Shown here in pieces: positions 52,348 to 64,000 of a DNA stretch of 64,000 bases. The position numbers and the translations under genes were made by a program. Under the pieces are notes generated by a model that saw nothing but the letters and a program-made list of their open reading frames with translations, was not told the DNA's origin and did not search any database. The stretch spans positions 995,895 to 1,059,894 of the forward strand of contig MU004244.1 in assembly GCA_010405405.1 (NCBI GenBank). Direction: 5' to 3'. The first letter of the stretch is position 1. Each line of letters begins with the position of its first letter. The stretch comes from Microthyrium microscopicum (lineage: Eukaryota).

Positions 52348-54033
52348 ATGAAAGCAACGAATATCACTTCTAATGATGAGCACACGCCACTTCTTGAGTC
52401 GTCCAGCTCCTCTATAATCACCCCGGACACCATCAAACCACCAGCGGAGGAGTCGGACATCATCGAAGAAGATGACAAAACCTTCAACAAGACGCAGGTG
52501 CTGCTGTTGGCCCTCTGCCGCATGGTAGATCCGATTGCTTTTTTCTGTATCGTGCCATTCATCAACCAGATGATCTTCGACATCACGAACATAGAAGAGG
52601 AAGACGTCGGCTTTTATAGTGGTATGATTGTATGTGGGACAGTCTTAGGTACTATCGTATGGAGTTGATGGGCTGACAATTCCAAGGAATCGCTCTTCTC
52701 GGTCGTCGCCATGATCACCATGGTGCCTTACGGACGGCTTGCCGATCGCTTTGGTCGAAAACCAGTGCTGGTATGGTCTTTGGCTGGTGTCTCTGTAACA
52801 TGCACGCTTTTCGGCTTCAGCAAAACTCTTTGGCAGATGATTGTACTTCGCTGCTTGGCTGGATTCTTTTCTGGCTCCGTTGTTTCCATAAGAACAATGA
52901 TCAGTGAGAACAGTACGCCTACTACACAGGCTGCTGCATTTAGCTGGTTTGCATTTTTCGGCAATATTGGAATATTCGTAGGAACTCTTATTGGAGGGCT
53001 GGCAGATCCAGCAGCCCAATATAAGGGCATCTTTGCAGAAGTCCGCTTCTTCAGAGCATTTCCATATGCGCTACCAACAATCATATCCGGCTCATTTGTA
53101 CTGATCGCCCTGTTGATAGCGATCTTCTTCGTCAACGAGGTAAGTGCTTCTTATATATCGATTTGTAGCTTACTAACTTAATAAGACCAGAGACGTGGAG
53201 AAGTCCAGGAAACGAGGTCCAGAGCCTTCTACTTGGGAAGTCATACGGTCTCCAGGCGTTCCCAACGTGCTAATAGTCTGGTGTCTGTGTTCAATGCTAG
53301 GCTTCGCCTTCACAGCCGGTAGGTCCTCCAAAGAAGACATTGCGATCATTATGTTTGGAGCTAACAATGCTTCTTCTAGTGGCCCCGGTCTTCTGGTTTA
53401 CTTCTGTAGAAGCAGGAGGCTTCGCACTGACACCTCAATACATCTCTTACTTCCTCGCCGTGGCTGGAATTTCGCAAGCCATGTGGATGTTGCTAGTATT
53501 CCCCAGATTACAGCCTAGAATTGGTACCGGTGCATTGTTGAGATACTGTGCGATTCTGTGGCCATTCCTCTTTGCCTTGAATCCAGTTGCAAACATGGTA
53601 TTACGGGCCCACCATGACACTGTTTTCTGGGTTGTCGCTCCCATAGCCACTGGTCTAGGATCTGGCTGTGCAATGGCATTCAGTAAGTCTAAACTACTTA
53701 ACATGGATCATTTGCTAACTAGATATAGCTGCTTCACAAATTGCAGTGAACGACATTGCACCTTCTCCAGGCGCTCTCGGTACGATCAATGGAATAGCGC
53801 TAAGTCTCAGCAGTGGAATGAGATCATTCACACCTGCTCTATTTACAAGTATATTTGCTATCGGTGTAAAAGACCAGATTTTCGGAGGATACTTGGTATG
53901 GATTGTTATGATTGGCGTTACACTCCTTTTGGGCCTTGCGTTATATTGGCTCCCTGCAAAGATAAACGAGATACCTATGAAAAAGGCATCAGAGCAGCCT
54001 AGTGACGACGAAGAAGCAACAATTGGATCATAA
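52348..54033 (+). CDS. Major facilitator superfamily transporter
   Basis: MFS motif A GRLADRFGRKPVL and multiple TM segments across five exons. Confidence 0.9.
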
Positions 54034-54670
54034 CTGTACAGAATGGGCGAACACCAGACTGGAGTCAGGGGTTCATACTCTCAACACTCCAATATCAACA
54101 TGAGAACATGCATATAAAAGCAATCCCCGCTTTATCACGAGATAAATGTACATAGACACACAAAACACGATAGATATAATCACTTTCCACTCGAATGTGT
54201 TAATAAGACACTTTGTACAAGTTTCTTCGGGATCATGTTATCCGTATTTGAGACTTCTGAGCAGCATTTGATATTCCAAACTGGTCACTACACCAGACAT
54301 TACTTTGACTAACGTATCACTAGCATACTCTACTACTGCACCCCACAAATTGTGAAACCAATTACTGTCATTCCGTCTCCACATTCTAGTTCCTGTGATC
54401 GACGTCTGGCGGAAAAGAGGCACCGGAATGTGTTCCGGGATTATACAATGCTGTGATGATACTAATGAACGATAAGTATATATAAAATCAAAATTGTAGG
54501 TAGTGCATGCTTGAATAAAAGCTTGAAGTAATTAGTTGATTGATCAGAAGTGAGCTTCATTGACATATCGATAACTTCAACTTCAACATTTATACACATT
54601 ACTATAGTTGAACCAAATAAGCCAACAATTATCACAACTTCCTATCACAACTTCCTATCACAACGCTATC

Positions 54671-55445
54671 ATGGGTTCAGCACCATCCGACCACTTCTCA
54701 AACTCCCTTCTCGTCTTCGCAAACGTAAACTTCCTCCCCGGAAAGTACGATGCTGTATGTCCCCTATCCCATCTCATCCCAACGCAAACTAACACTCAAC
54801 AAGTGGCAAGCCGCCTTTGACGACCTCGCCGTCTACGTCAAAGCAGACGAACCAACCACAAAGACATACTACTTCGGCATCCCCTTCGACTACGCACACA
54901 ACTACTCAGACACAAATCTAATGTTCGCCTTTGAGATCTACGCTGACAACTCCGTAGTCCTTCCCCCCCTAAATCTTGCAAGTCCCTGACTAACATACTC
55001 ACACCAGGCACTAAACGACATTCACCTAACATCCCCCGCCATGCAAAAATTCCTCCCCCACGTCCTCCCCACCATGTCCACCGGCCTCGACCTCATGCAC
55101 TATTCGCCTGCCGGCGGGTTTCTCGATGCGCCGGGTGACTTGTCCGAGTGTGAGATCATGACTGACACGCGCATTTGGTGCGTTGATGCCGTCTCACGCA
55201 GCTCCGTGGTGGCGAAACTGGACAATGTCGCGGGAAAAGCGGCGAGTGGTGTTTATACGTTTTTGGTGGCAGCGAGTTTGGACGATGAGACGGAGGTGAG
55301 GATTTTGTCGAGGTTTAGGGATCGTATGGCGATGGAGGAGCAGGAGAGGGCGATGGTGGGCTTTTGGCAGGGGTCGAAGGGGGAGGTTAGGAGGATGGAG
55401 TCGAGAGGGTATTTGCCGAATGGAAAGGGGTGGTTGCATCGGTGA
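54671..55445 (+). CDS. ABM-like dimeric alpha/beta-barrel protein
   Basis: Spliced LLVFANVNFLPGKYDA|WQAAFDDLAVYVKADEPTTKTYYFG...AFEIYADNS|ALNDIHLTSPAM, an ABM-type pattern. Confidence 0.7.
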
Positions 55446-55590
55446 GATGGAGCTGGAGGTTGTTAGGACGTTGGTGGGATAGATTTGGGGGGTGGGACTT
55501 ACTGCTGGGCGTGGGGAGATGGGTTTAGGTTCTGATATTTGAATATTACAGTTTGGGTTTGTTGATATGACCCATAGTGTGTGTCTGTGT

Positions 55591-56670
55591 TCAGCGCATT
55601 GTCCAGACAGTTGTTGATAACAGTGCGATGACTAACGAAAGTGTCTTGACCATAAGTTGAGGACCTGAAGAGACTTGAGTCGTAGGGATCCAGTTTGCGC
55701 CACAGTAGGAGTCAATCAGTTGTGCCGCTTGGGCATATTGTGTCTTAAACACACCGCCATTTGACGAGAACACGTCCATGGTGTTTTTGATACAGCTGGA
55801 ACAAGAGGTACGAGTTCCGTTAGGCAGTGACAAACCAAGCGGTAGGAAATAAGGCCAACTGTCCATGCTTGAAGTTGTACCGTTGCTGATGGCTTTGGCA
55901 AAGCAATATGATCCATCCGTGTCCTTGAGACATCCTGCCTTGTAAAGCGGAACATAGCTTGTCAGGCCCATGTAGGCTTGTACAACAAGCGGATTGGAAG
56001 CTCGGTAGTCCGCTCCGCAGTTTTCATCCAGTGTTATTTTGCTGGCATAGCTGGAGATGGTTTTGGAACACTTGGCAACGTCGACGTTGCAGGTCGAATC
56101 CAATACTTGAGTTGTTCTGAAAAATGATCCCTCAGCTGTGAAGAAGCCGTTTGAAGTCTGGTTTGAAATGTTAGTATTATATCAACGTTGGATGCAGTTG
56201 AATCTTGAGCTACATACCTCTAGTAAGAGACTGAAAGGATTGCATTGAGTGAAAGAGCTATCACTGAGCCAGTTGCGCAAGAATTGAGGACATGTAGTGG
56301 TGGTGAAATTACTACCAATTCCTAGATCAAAGGGTTGTGGTATTGCCGTGGATGATGGGTTGGACGAAGGGTTTGTGGCAGTCGCAATGTCACTGACTGC
56401 TGTGGATGTCACCAAGGTCGTTGTAGCCACTGCACTTGGGTTTCTTCGTTGGATATATGCTATGGCTGAAGTAGAAGGGGGAGGTATTGTTGCTCCATGA
56501 ACGACTGGCATCAATGATAGCACGCCAATGAGGAAGGTGAACCAGTAGATGTGCAGTCGAGATCGTCGAATTGGGGCTCCGGGGAATTTAAGATCTTCAT
56601 GTCGATGGTGTTGTACATAGTGGGCTGATCGGCGTTGAAGATCCATGTCGAGCCGACTTGACGGATCCAT
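55591..56670 (-). CDS. Cys-rich secreted / GPI-anchor-like protein
   Basis: Hydrophobic signal-like segment, S/T-rich linker, Cys-rich domain (PQPFD...CPQFL...CNPFSLLLE|TSNGFF...CLKD...YCF) and hydrophobic C-terminus. Intron 56217-56158; start codon uncertain. Confidence 0.78.
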
Positions 56671-59005
56671 TCCTAGACGATAAGTGGTGCAAAGATCTTC
56701 CTTCACGATAGCGCGAGTAGTTGTGAGATGTTGTCTAAGGCTGATAAAGAAATCCCATGTTGAATCCAGAAAGAAATATAGCCAGGTTCTTTGAAATGAG
56801 TGAAGTAGATCGGACAGAGATTGAGCATTGAAAACCAAATCGCCAATGAAGACGTCCGGTCAAGAGGCTATGATAATAGCACGGCGGTTGCTGGTTGTAG
56901 AGATCTGAAGGTTGTCGCTGAACTGTTCAAATGATCAACTACGATATTACCGGGTCGAGCGAATGGTGGTTATAAGAACGGTCTGTGGCGTGGGGTGCCG
57001 GTATTCTAGAAGATGGATATCACGGTACGGCGAGGCAGTTGTTCAAACCACACGTTGGCAAAGTGGATTGCAGAAAAGAAAGTAGGAGATTTTACACAGA
57101 AGTGGCTTATGGGCGCACTGCGAACACATGGTTAAAATTGACAGCTTAGGCCGAGAGGCCAAAATAGGTATATTAGAAGGATTAAGTCCATGGCCTAACA
57201 TGAAGGCTTGCCAATAGTTTAAAAAAAAGTCCTTTGCAATGATGTGGTGCCAGGAGGGGAAGCAAGAGCGCTCAGACAGTCCACGCAACCACGGAGTAGA
57301 ATGCGAGATCCCATATTTCCAATGCAGTGGCTCTTGGTCAAGATTCGGTTTAGTAGTGACCAGTCCTAATTGTGAGGAAGAAGGGTGACGGTAAGGCTGC
57401 AAAGAGTCGGGAGCTCCCGCAATAATGCGCAGTGTCAGCGAGGGAGTTGCAGCGAAATTACTTATCGAGACTCGAGAGGAACAAATCCAATTGATTTCGC
57501 AACAAGTATTGTAGGCATTATTGGTTAAGATTGGGTGGAGTTCAAGCATTCTGCAAGTGGAAGATGGGTTGACGGGGGAGCTTAGTAGGCCGAGTCTTAG
57601 TCGCGGGACGGTACCAAAAAAGATATATAGCTTCAGGGGTCGGCCAATTGGAGATTTTAGGCAAATCCACGTCCAATAATCCAATTTGAGACTCGTGATG
57701 GTTCGCGGAAGAATGTATAATCAGTCTAGATCATCGCCTGTATTTCGGCGCAACGAGATAACTATGATCGAAATAAGTGGTAGAAATGGAAATGGTTGTG
57801 TTTAATTAGTAGTCAGCATATTGGGTACGATATAACCAGTTAGGGACATATTTGAAGTTGATGCGAATGGTGGTTGGCGTTAGCAGAGACATGGCGTGAA
57901 CGTTGAGGCAGAGGAATGGCGCGCATGACGGACAACGGCGCTACTATTGACTGTTACGAAAGAGGTCATCTCGGAGCGAGACCAGTAATTGAATGCGCCA
58001 GTAGTAGTAATAAGAGGAGATAGTAAGCAGATAGAACTGGGTATTGCCTTGTCAACTTGTTGATGATTTAAAGAGTAGAACCGGGGTCGTGGTTTGCTGA
58101 AGCGCCACGTGGGAGATTATTCGAGAAGGATTAATAGAGACTAGAGTGCATGGATTAAAGGATGGAGTGATTAAGTTCTGGAACAATTGAATCAGAATCT
58201 CAGAGAGGGGCATGTTTTCTAGGTTTATGTACTTTTGTAGTGTTGACTGAAAAATCATTTTAAACTATGAGAGATCGTATCAAGATCCATCCGTATGTGC
58301 CTGATGTTAATACTCTAGAAGTTGGTCGCGTTCGAGTACATGAGGTGAATTTATGCATGTGAGGCTGCCATGAATCCTGTATGGACGCGGTTGCCGAGCT
58401 TAAATCTTTTAGTATCACAATGTTAACGTGGTAACTCCATTGGTCTCACACATCTCATTCTCCGTCAAGAATCAAGATAGCAGGAATGATCAGCTCGCTT
58501 TTACTCCAACAATGGCCAATACACGCGATATCTTGCGAAAATGGAAGGAACAATGCGGGAACGATCGGATAGGGTAGTGGCTACTGCCATTTGCCGCATC
58601 TAAACTTTTCATGACACTTGACAACCGCGTTAGTCCGTTGCCGCGGGATCTTTAATTATCTCCAACACACTCTAGATTCACCCCAATCTATCTCCTCAAT
58701 TCACCACCATCGACACATTACCTTTACCTCTCCATCCCTGTGTCTCTCCGCACTTCCATATTCAGCTGGACCCTCAAATACTGCCCTCCACCTAACACGC
58801 GACCTATTTCTCTCCTTCTCATCTCTCTCCTATTACCTGATCTTGCTCAGCTGAATTGCCTCGGTGACGTACGACATACCATGATACGCTCTGCTAGTTG
58901 ATACAGCCGCATTTCTTCCTTGTATATTATTCATTCCTCTTTTTCTGCGATAATATTCTTGTCGCCACCTGCTAGTCATGACCTCAGGTCTATAATCATA
59001 TCACC

Positions 59006-60518
59006 ATGGAATCCTACGAAGAGCCGGCCATCAGCACTTCTTCCCGGCGCTATCCCTCTTCTGCCCACCTTAGACGTCGTAGACACTCATCATGTCATTC
59101 TTTAGCATGGCATGGAGAATCAGACGATCTCCAGTTACTGGTATGGTCTATTCATTCCTTTGAAAAGCTCGGCCTAATCCTGCCTTTTCCAGATTGATAG
59201 ATTCCTAGTCGAACTAAGCCGACGATTGGATTTTCTCGAATCATACGGAGCCTTAAATCTCGACACTAGTATAGACGGCGCTTGGTCCACCCTACACGCT
59301 GTTCGCGATGCGTGCTCTCGAGTCTCCGATGGTTTCCTTGATGTTGGTCGACGAAAGGCAAGAATACTGGTGGAAACCCTAGAGGGTAGCTATAATGAGG
59401 CGCTGGCGCAGAAAGAGACTCTGGAACAAAAGGTTCACGAAGGCGTTGCTCTAATGGAGTCACTATTGGCAGATTTTGAGGCCCGCGCATACGATCTCAA
59501 AGAAAACGCCATGGGATTGAGTCCGTACGACCTACTAGACGGAGGGCGGCGCAAAGTAGACGAGGGTCTCGAACGAGCAAAGGAGGTTGTGGATGCTGGA
59601 ATTGACATGGCGTGGGGCGCTGCTGAGACAATTGAGATTGCCGTCGAACGAGCACTTGATAAAGCACGGCAACAAGGCCTTCTCAAAGTTCACGAGCTTC
59701 CTATTCCATGGCGTACAAACGAGCACATCATCCGCGGATATCGATTTCACGATACTTTGACTGGATGTCTGCGCTCCACGGTCAACCTTTCCAACGAGCT
59801 TTTCAACATCTGGTCGCACGCCATTGGATTACTTATCGTTCTCTCCATTGCATTCTACTTTTATCCTGCATCAGATCATTTCACCATTGCCACCAAAACA
59901 GATGTCTTTATTGCTGGCATTTTCTTCTTTGCGGCATGTAAATGTTTGATATGCAGCACGATATGGCATACATTCAATGCAATCTCCGAAAAGCATCTTA
60001 TAGAACGATTCGCTTGCGTCGATTATTCGGGCATTTCGTTTCTAATTGCAGCCTCTATAATCACGACCGAGTATACGGCTTTTTATTGCGAACCGTTTTG
60101 GCGGTGGTCGTGGGTTCTCACCACAGCTGGCTTCGGACTCACTGGCATATATCTGACCTGGCATCCAACGTTTAATCGACACGACATGGCCTGGCTTCGT
60201 CTTACCTTTTACTGTTCTCTTGCCGCGACTGGCTTTCTACCAGCAGTCCAAGTTATGTATGTCCATGGACTGCATTGGGCCGCAGTATTCTATGCTCCCA
60301 TTCTGAAAAGTCTGGCAGTCTACTTTTTTGGGGCAATACTGTACACTCTCAAAATCCCGGAGCGATGGTGTCCAGGCATGTTTGATTATGTAGGGGGAAG
60401 CCACAACCTTTGGCACGTCGCAGTGCTGGGAGGCATATTGTTCCACTACATGGCGATGCAAGAGTTTTTCGCCAAGGCATTTTTGCGAGCTGTTTCTCAG
60501 CAATGTTCTGTTTATTGA
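59006..60518 (+). CDS. PAQR / hemolysin-III family membrane protein (Izh-like)
   Basis: NELFNIWSH, STIWH, DYSGI, IPERWCPGMFDYVGGSHNLWHV and seven TM segments. Intron 59141-59192. Confidence 0.93.
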
Positions 60519-62356
60519 AGAAAAAAAGCATTTAGTATTTCCTTGAGTCTTTGCATATTGCATGAGTGTTTGTATCTGTATATAGTACATACTTGTTCCA
60601 CGACTAGATAACTGAAAGCTTCAACAAGCTCAAATAGACATATTAGATCTGAGGAAAGTTGTGATGGGGCTGGGGACGACTGAATAAGATAGCGCATTGG
60701 GAATGAGATCATCGATATTCGATACCACCTGACGTTGTACATGTGGAACGGTGGAACTGATCAGTGAAGATATACAACCTCCACACCAGTCCTAAGAGAC
60801 ATCTTTGATTTGGACAAATACCAAGCACGTGGAAGAGCTTGCAGAAACAGCTGTTGTCTGCAGACATGTGAGACATTTGTAGAGATATGCAACGAGCTAC
60901 TGCTCCGTCACCAGTACTAGTTCACCGATTGTAGTCGGTACAAGTCGCCGGTCGGTACAAATAATGGCATTGCGTCTTTTCTCCGAGAATGCGGAAGATT
61001 TACTAGCCAGCGCTAACGTATAGCTAACCGTAAGTGGTCGGGTCCTCAGTCATAGACATATAAAATAGTCTTGTCCTTAGTCTTGTCTTAAGTCATAGAC
61101 ATACAAATAGAGTATGACCCAATTACCAACAACCGCTAGATAGTCACAATGAAGTAAGTGGCAGAGTTTGAGAAATGGTGTTGCAGGTGAGAGTACAAGA
61201 ATAATCTAGTATGAATGGTGTTTCTCACCATGGTTTTACAAATTGTAGACGACTCGTAGCCTTGCAGGTACAAGCACGGGTGGCCAATCTGGTGGCTGGC
61301 TGGCGACCTGATCAGATACAGACCTCAAGCAAGGCCCGACAGCTGCGCTGCAGATGGCGTTTATGTTTGGCCCTCTTTGGTCCATTGAGGTCTTGTTCGC
61401 CGCCTCTTTTTGATCCTCTTGACGAGCCTTTGCGGGTTTCTGGTGAAAGGTTTCGTTAAGGCTGGCAGGGTCCAATCCTAATTGAGAGCACATCAGTGAT
61501 CTGCGATTTCCCTTGAACTCGTTTAGGAATTCGATCGTCCCGATTGTAGCTAAATCCATCCGAGCTTTCAGACCATCTCACACCCGCTGCCTCTCGATCC
61601 TACTTGTCTTGCCGTCTTTCTGCACCTGGCGAGCTCGAAGAGAATCTGGGCGTGCTTTCCGGGCCAGTTTGAGATCTTTGAGTTTTGGGTTTGGCAACAA
61701 AGTCCATCGACCACAGCTCACAAGCTTCTCAAGAGGCGCAACGCGGGAGGAACCTTGATTCCGCTCTTTACTACTTCTCAGCCATCTGTTGACCAGTGTG
61801 GTGTTCTGAATTAATTTCTTACTTCCCTTTAACTTAGTACACACCTCGTTGCTGTTTTCTTCCTCGCTTCCAGCACACTGCATTTCCTGCTACATATCGG
61901 CTCCTCACTCTTCTCCGTCTTTACCATTCAACCAACCAGCAACTTGTATCGCGTGTCCCTCGCATGCACCTCTGTTCTTATCCTGTTCATGATCTGGTTC
62001 ATCCAGCTGATAACCCGCTGATCTTCCAGTCCTAAACCGGTAACTGTCAAGGTACTATCAACGCTTCCGTCTCTTAAGGCTGCAGAACTGCTTGCATTAC
62101 AGCCAGCCTCTCTTGCCTCTCTTTTCGAATTTTCAACGTCAACACCTCAGCTGAGCGCGATAAACATCTAATTTCAAAAAGAGGCATCATAAAACAGTCT
62201 TAAGGTGCACATTTTGGCCATTTCCTCTTCGATTACTTATCTTCATGCTTGTTTTCCACATGTCAAGGAGGTAGATACTGGGGTATTGGCTCACAAGAAG
62301 AGAGTGTTGTTTCGGGCGCCTGGTCCAGCGTATAGGACGCAATATCCATAACAAGT

Positions 62357-64000
62357 ATGGAGCCATGGAATCACCGCGATGAAGCTCGTTCGCTGTCCAG
62401 GCCATCGGAGCTTCTCCCTGCCAAACGCTGGGATGGGATAAGCAGACTATCAACCGATTGGGATAATCTGCGCAGGGTAAAGAACCAAGATCACTCAACC
62501 CCATGAACGTCTTGCTAACATAGTTGCTGCATATAGGACCCTGAGCTCTGGCTAGAAGATGGAGACTGCCTCATACATCTCCATGCGCCTGGACAATCCC
62601 GTCGAGGACCTTCGTTCTACGTTCCATTCTCTACTCTCAAAGGCACATATCTTGCCCAGTCTGCGGTCACAGTCGAAGTAAACGTACGGCAACCTTGGGA
62701 TTATGCGGGCACATTCTTGCGCAAAGAGCGTTATTCGCCGTCGATAAATCGGATTGTACGGCAAATCTTCATTCCCAGTCCTGAGAATTGCTCCAGAGAA
62801 GCAGCATTCAACTGGCATCTCACCACGCGCAACTACTTTGCCTTTGTTTGTAACAGAGCAATCGTTGGTCGGAGTCTTGGAGAGGCTTTGATTAGCTTGT
62901 ATGCCAGACTTTCGATATGGCGTCCTCAACATGATAACAATCTGAACTATCTGATCGAATATGCAGAGGACATGGGATATTGCCAGTTTGCGCATTGTCC
63001 AGATTACGCTCTTGCAATGCTACAATTTGCGGAACATTTCTTTCTGGACGAGCTTTGGGTCGATTCATTTGCTCATTGCGTCGGGATGCATGAGATGTTA
63101 TCCATTAGTAGCGAGCGACTGGTCAGTTTTTGAAGGATCTTGGCTCTTTTCTTGACACTAATCACATTTCAGGGTCTGTCAACAAGCACCAAGTCGCTGA
63201 TTGAAAACTACGCCAATTTCATGAACATTCATCTAAAGAGTATAACCAAATCTCTGAGCACATTCCTGGAAGAAGACTTGTCATCCGCAAGACTAGGCCT
63301 TACTTCTGCATCACGCAACCATTTAAATCGATTTCGCAAATTTCTACATGGCTTTTATATCAAGAAGTTTGGATACTGGCCTCCACCGTCCGTGTTCTCC
63401 AAATCATTGTTCCAATCCATGCACTCTGACTTTCGCAATCTCTACGACTTTCTGGTTGACCTGGATTCTACAGCATCCTTGGCGGATCAAAAGCTTGCCT
63501 CTGGTGGTATTTGTGTGCTTCAGAACGTTGAAGAGTTTGACCGGAGGAATGGTTACGATTCATTACCCCATCCTTTACCTCGACTACCCGGCGAGATTCC
63601 TCCTTATAGAAGAGTTAGCTCTCAGAGAACTCTATCTCTACGATTTGGCCAAAGGGTAGACTCGAGTGAAGAGTTGCTTACCCTCAGTGCACTCACAATG
63701 GCAACCAACACTGAGGATAACAAAGTCCTGAATTCTCCCTTGGTCAAGGCATACAGGACTTTCGAACATCAACTATCATCTGAAAAGGTGGAAAAGCTGT
63801 CTGTATCGGACGCTCGAAAGGTGCGATGGATATTGGTATACTGCACTCTGCAAATGCTCGTGTCTGTCACAAGAGCACCACTACAAGTCAGAGACGTAGA
63901 CGGTCCAACATATCCGCTATGTTTCGATGCTTCGATGCTCCCTCCATGGCGTATGATGCCAGAGACTCCTGGCGATTTCGATCCCGTCTCGCCTGCAGAG
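62357..64000 (+). CDS. Fungal hypothetical protein (3' end outside the window)
   Basis: KRWDG...WDNLRR|DPELWLEDGDCLIHL...RRGPSF, WHLTTRNYFAF, LWVDSFAHCVGM and FGYWPP. Two canonical introns; start codon uncertain. Confidence 0.75.

Noticed and set aside
54629..54664. Short tandem duplications (ATCACAACTTCCT here; GGGTCYAGATTTCT at 31861-31892)
   Set aside because: Two to three copies only, consistent with ordinary slippage; not CRISPR-like.

Overview
Gene-dense, intron-containing nuclear DNA from a filamentous ascomycete; a Dothideomycete is plausible but only inferred. About 24 spliced protein-coding genes can be reconstructed by hand. They include a C2H2 transcription factor (truncated at the window edge), an F-box protein, leukotriene A4 hydrolase, an Rkm5-like methyltransferase, a long-chain acyl-CoA ligase, FarA/CTF1-alpha, a hybrid histidine kinase, an IlvD/Edd dehydratase, FOL1, eIF2B-gamma, a Pex22-like protein, EMC4, NIC96, a Med27-like protein, GatA, an MFS transporter, an ABM-like protein, a GPI-anchor-like protein and a PAQR/Izh protein. 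Four observations stand out. (1) A nuclear, intron-containing copy of the normally mitochondrial ATP synthase subunit 8, fused to a presequence (45832-46211); the ORF track shows only its first exon. (2) Two non-coding intervals (about 18.2-18.6 kb and 27.3-27.6 kb) with TATA-like boxes, nested complementary stems and shared motifs, which are candidate structured ncRNAs. (3) A 225-bp MITE-like element with perfect 32-bp TIRs and TA flanks. (4) An inverted pair of FarA core sites inside an intron of farA itself. No tRNA, rRNA or CRISPR array was recognised. All gene models were spliced by eye and family assignments come from recalled motifs, not database searches.
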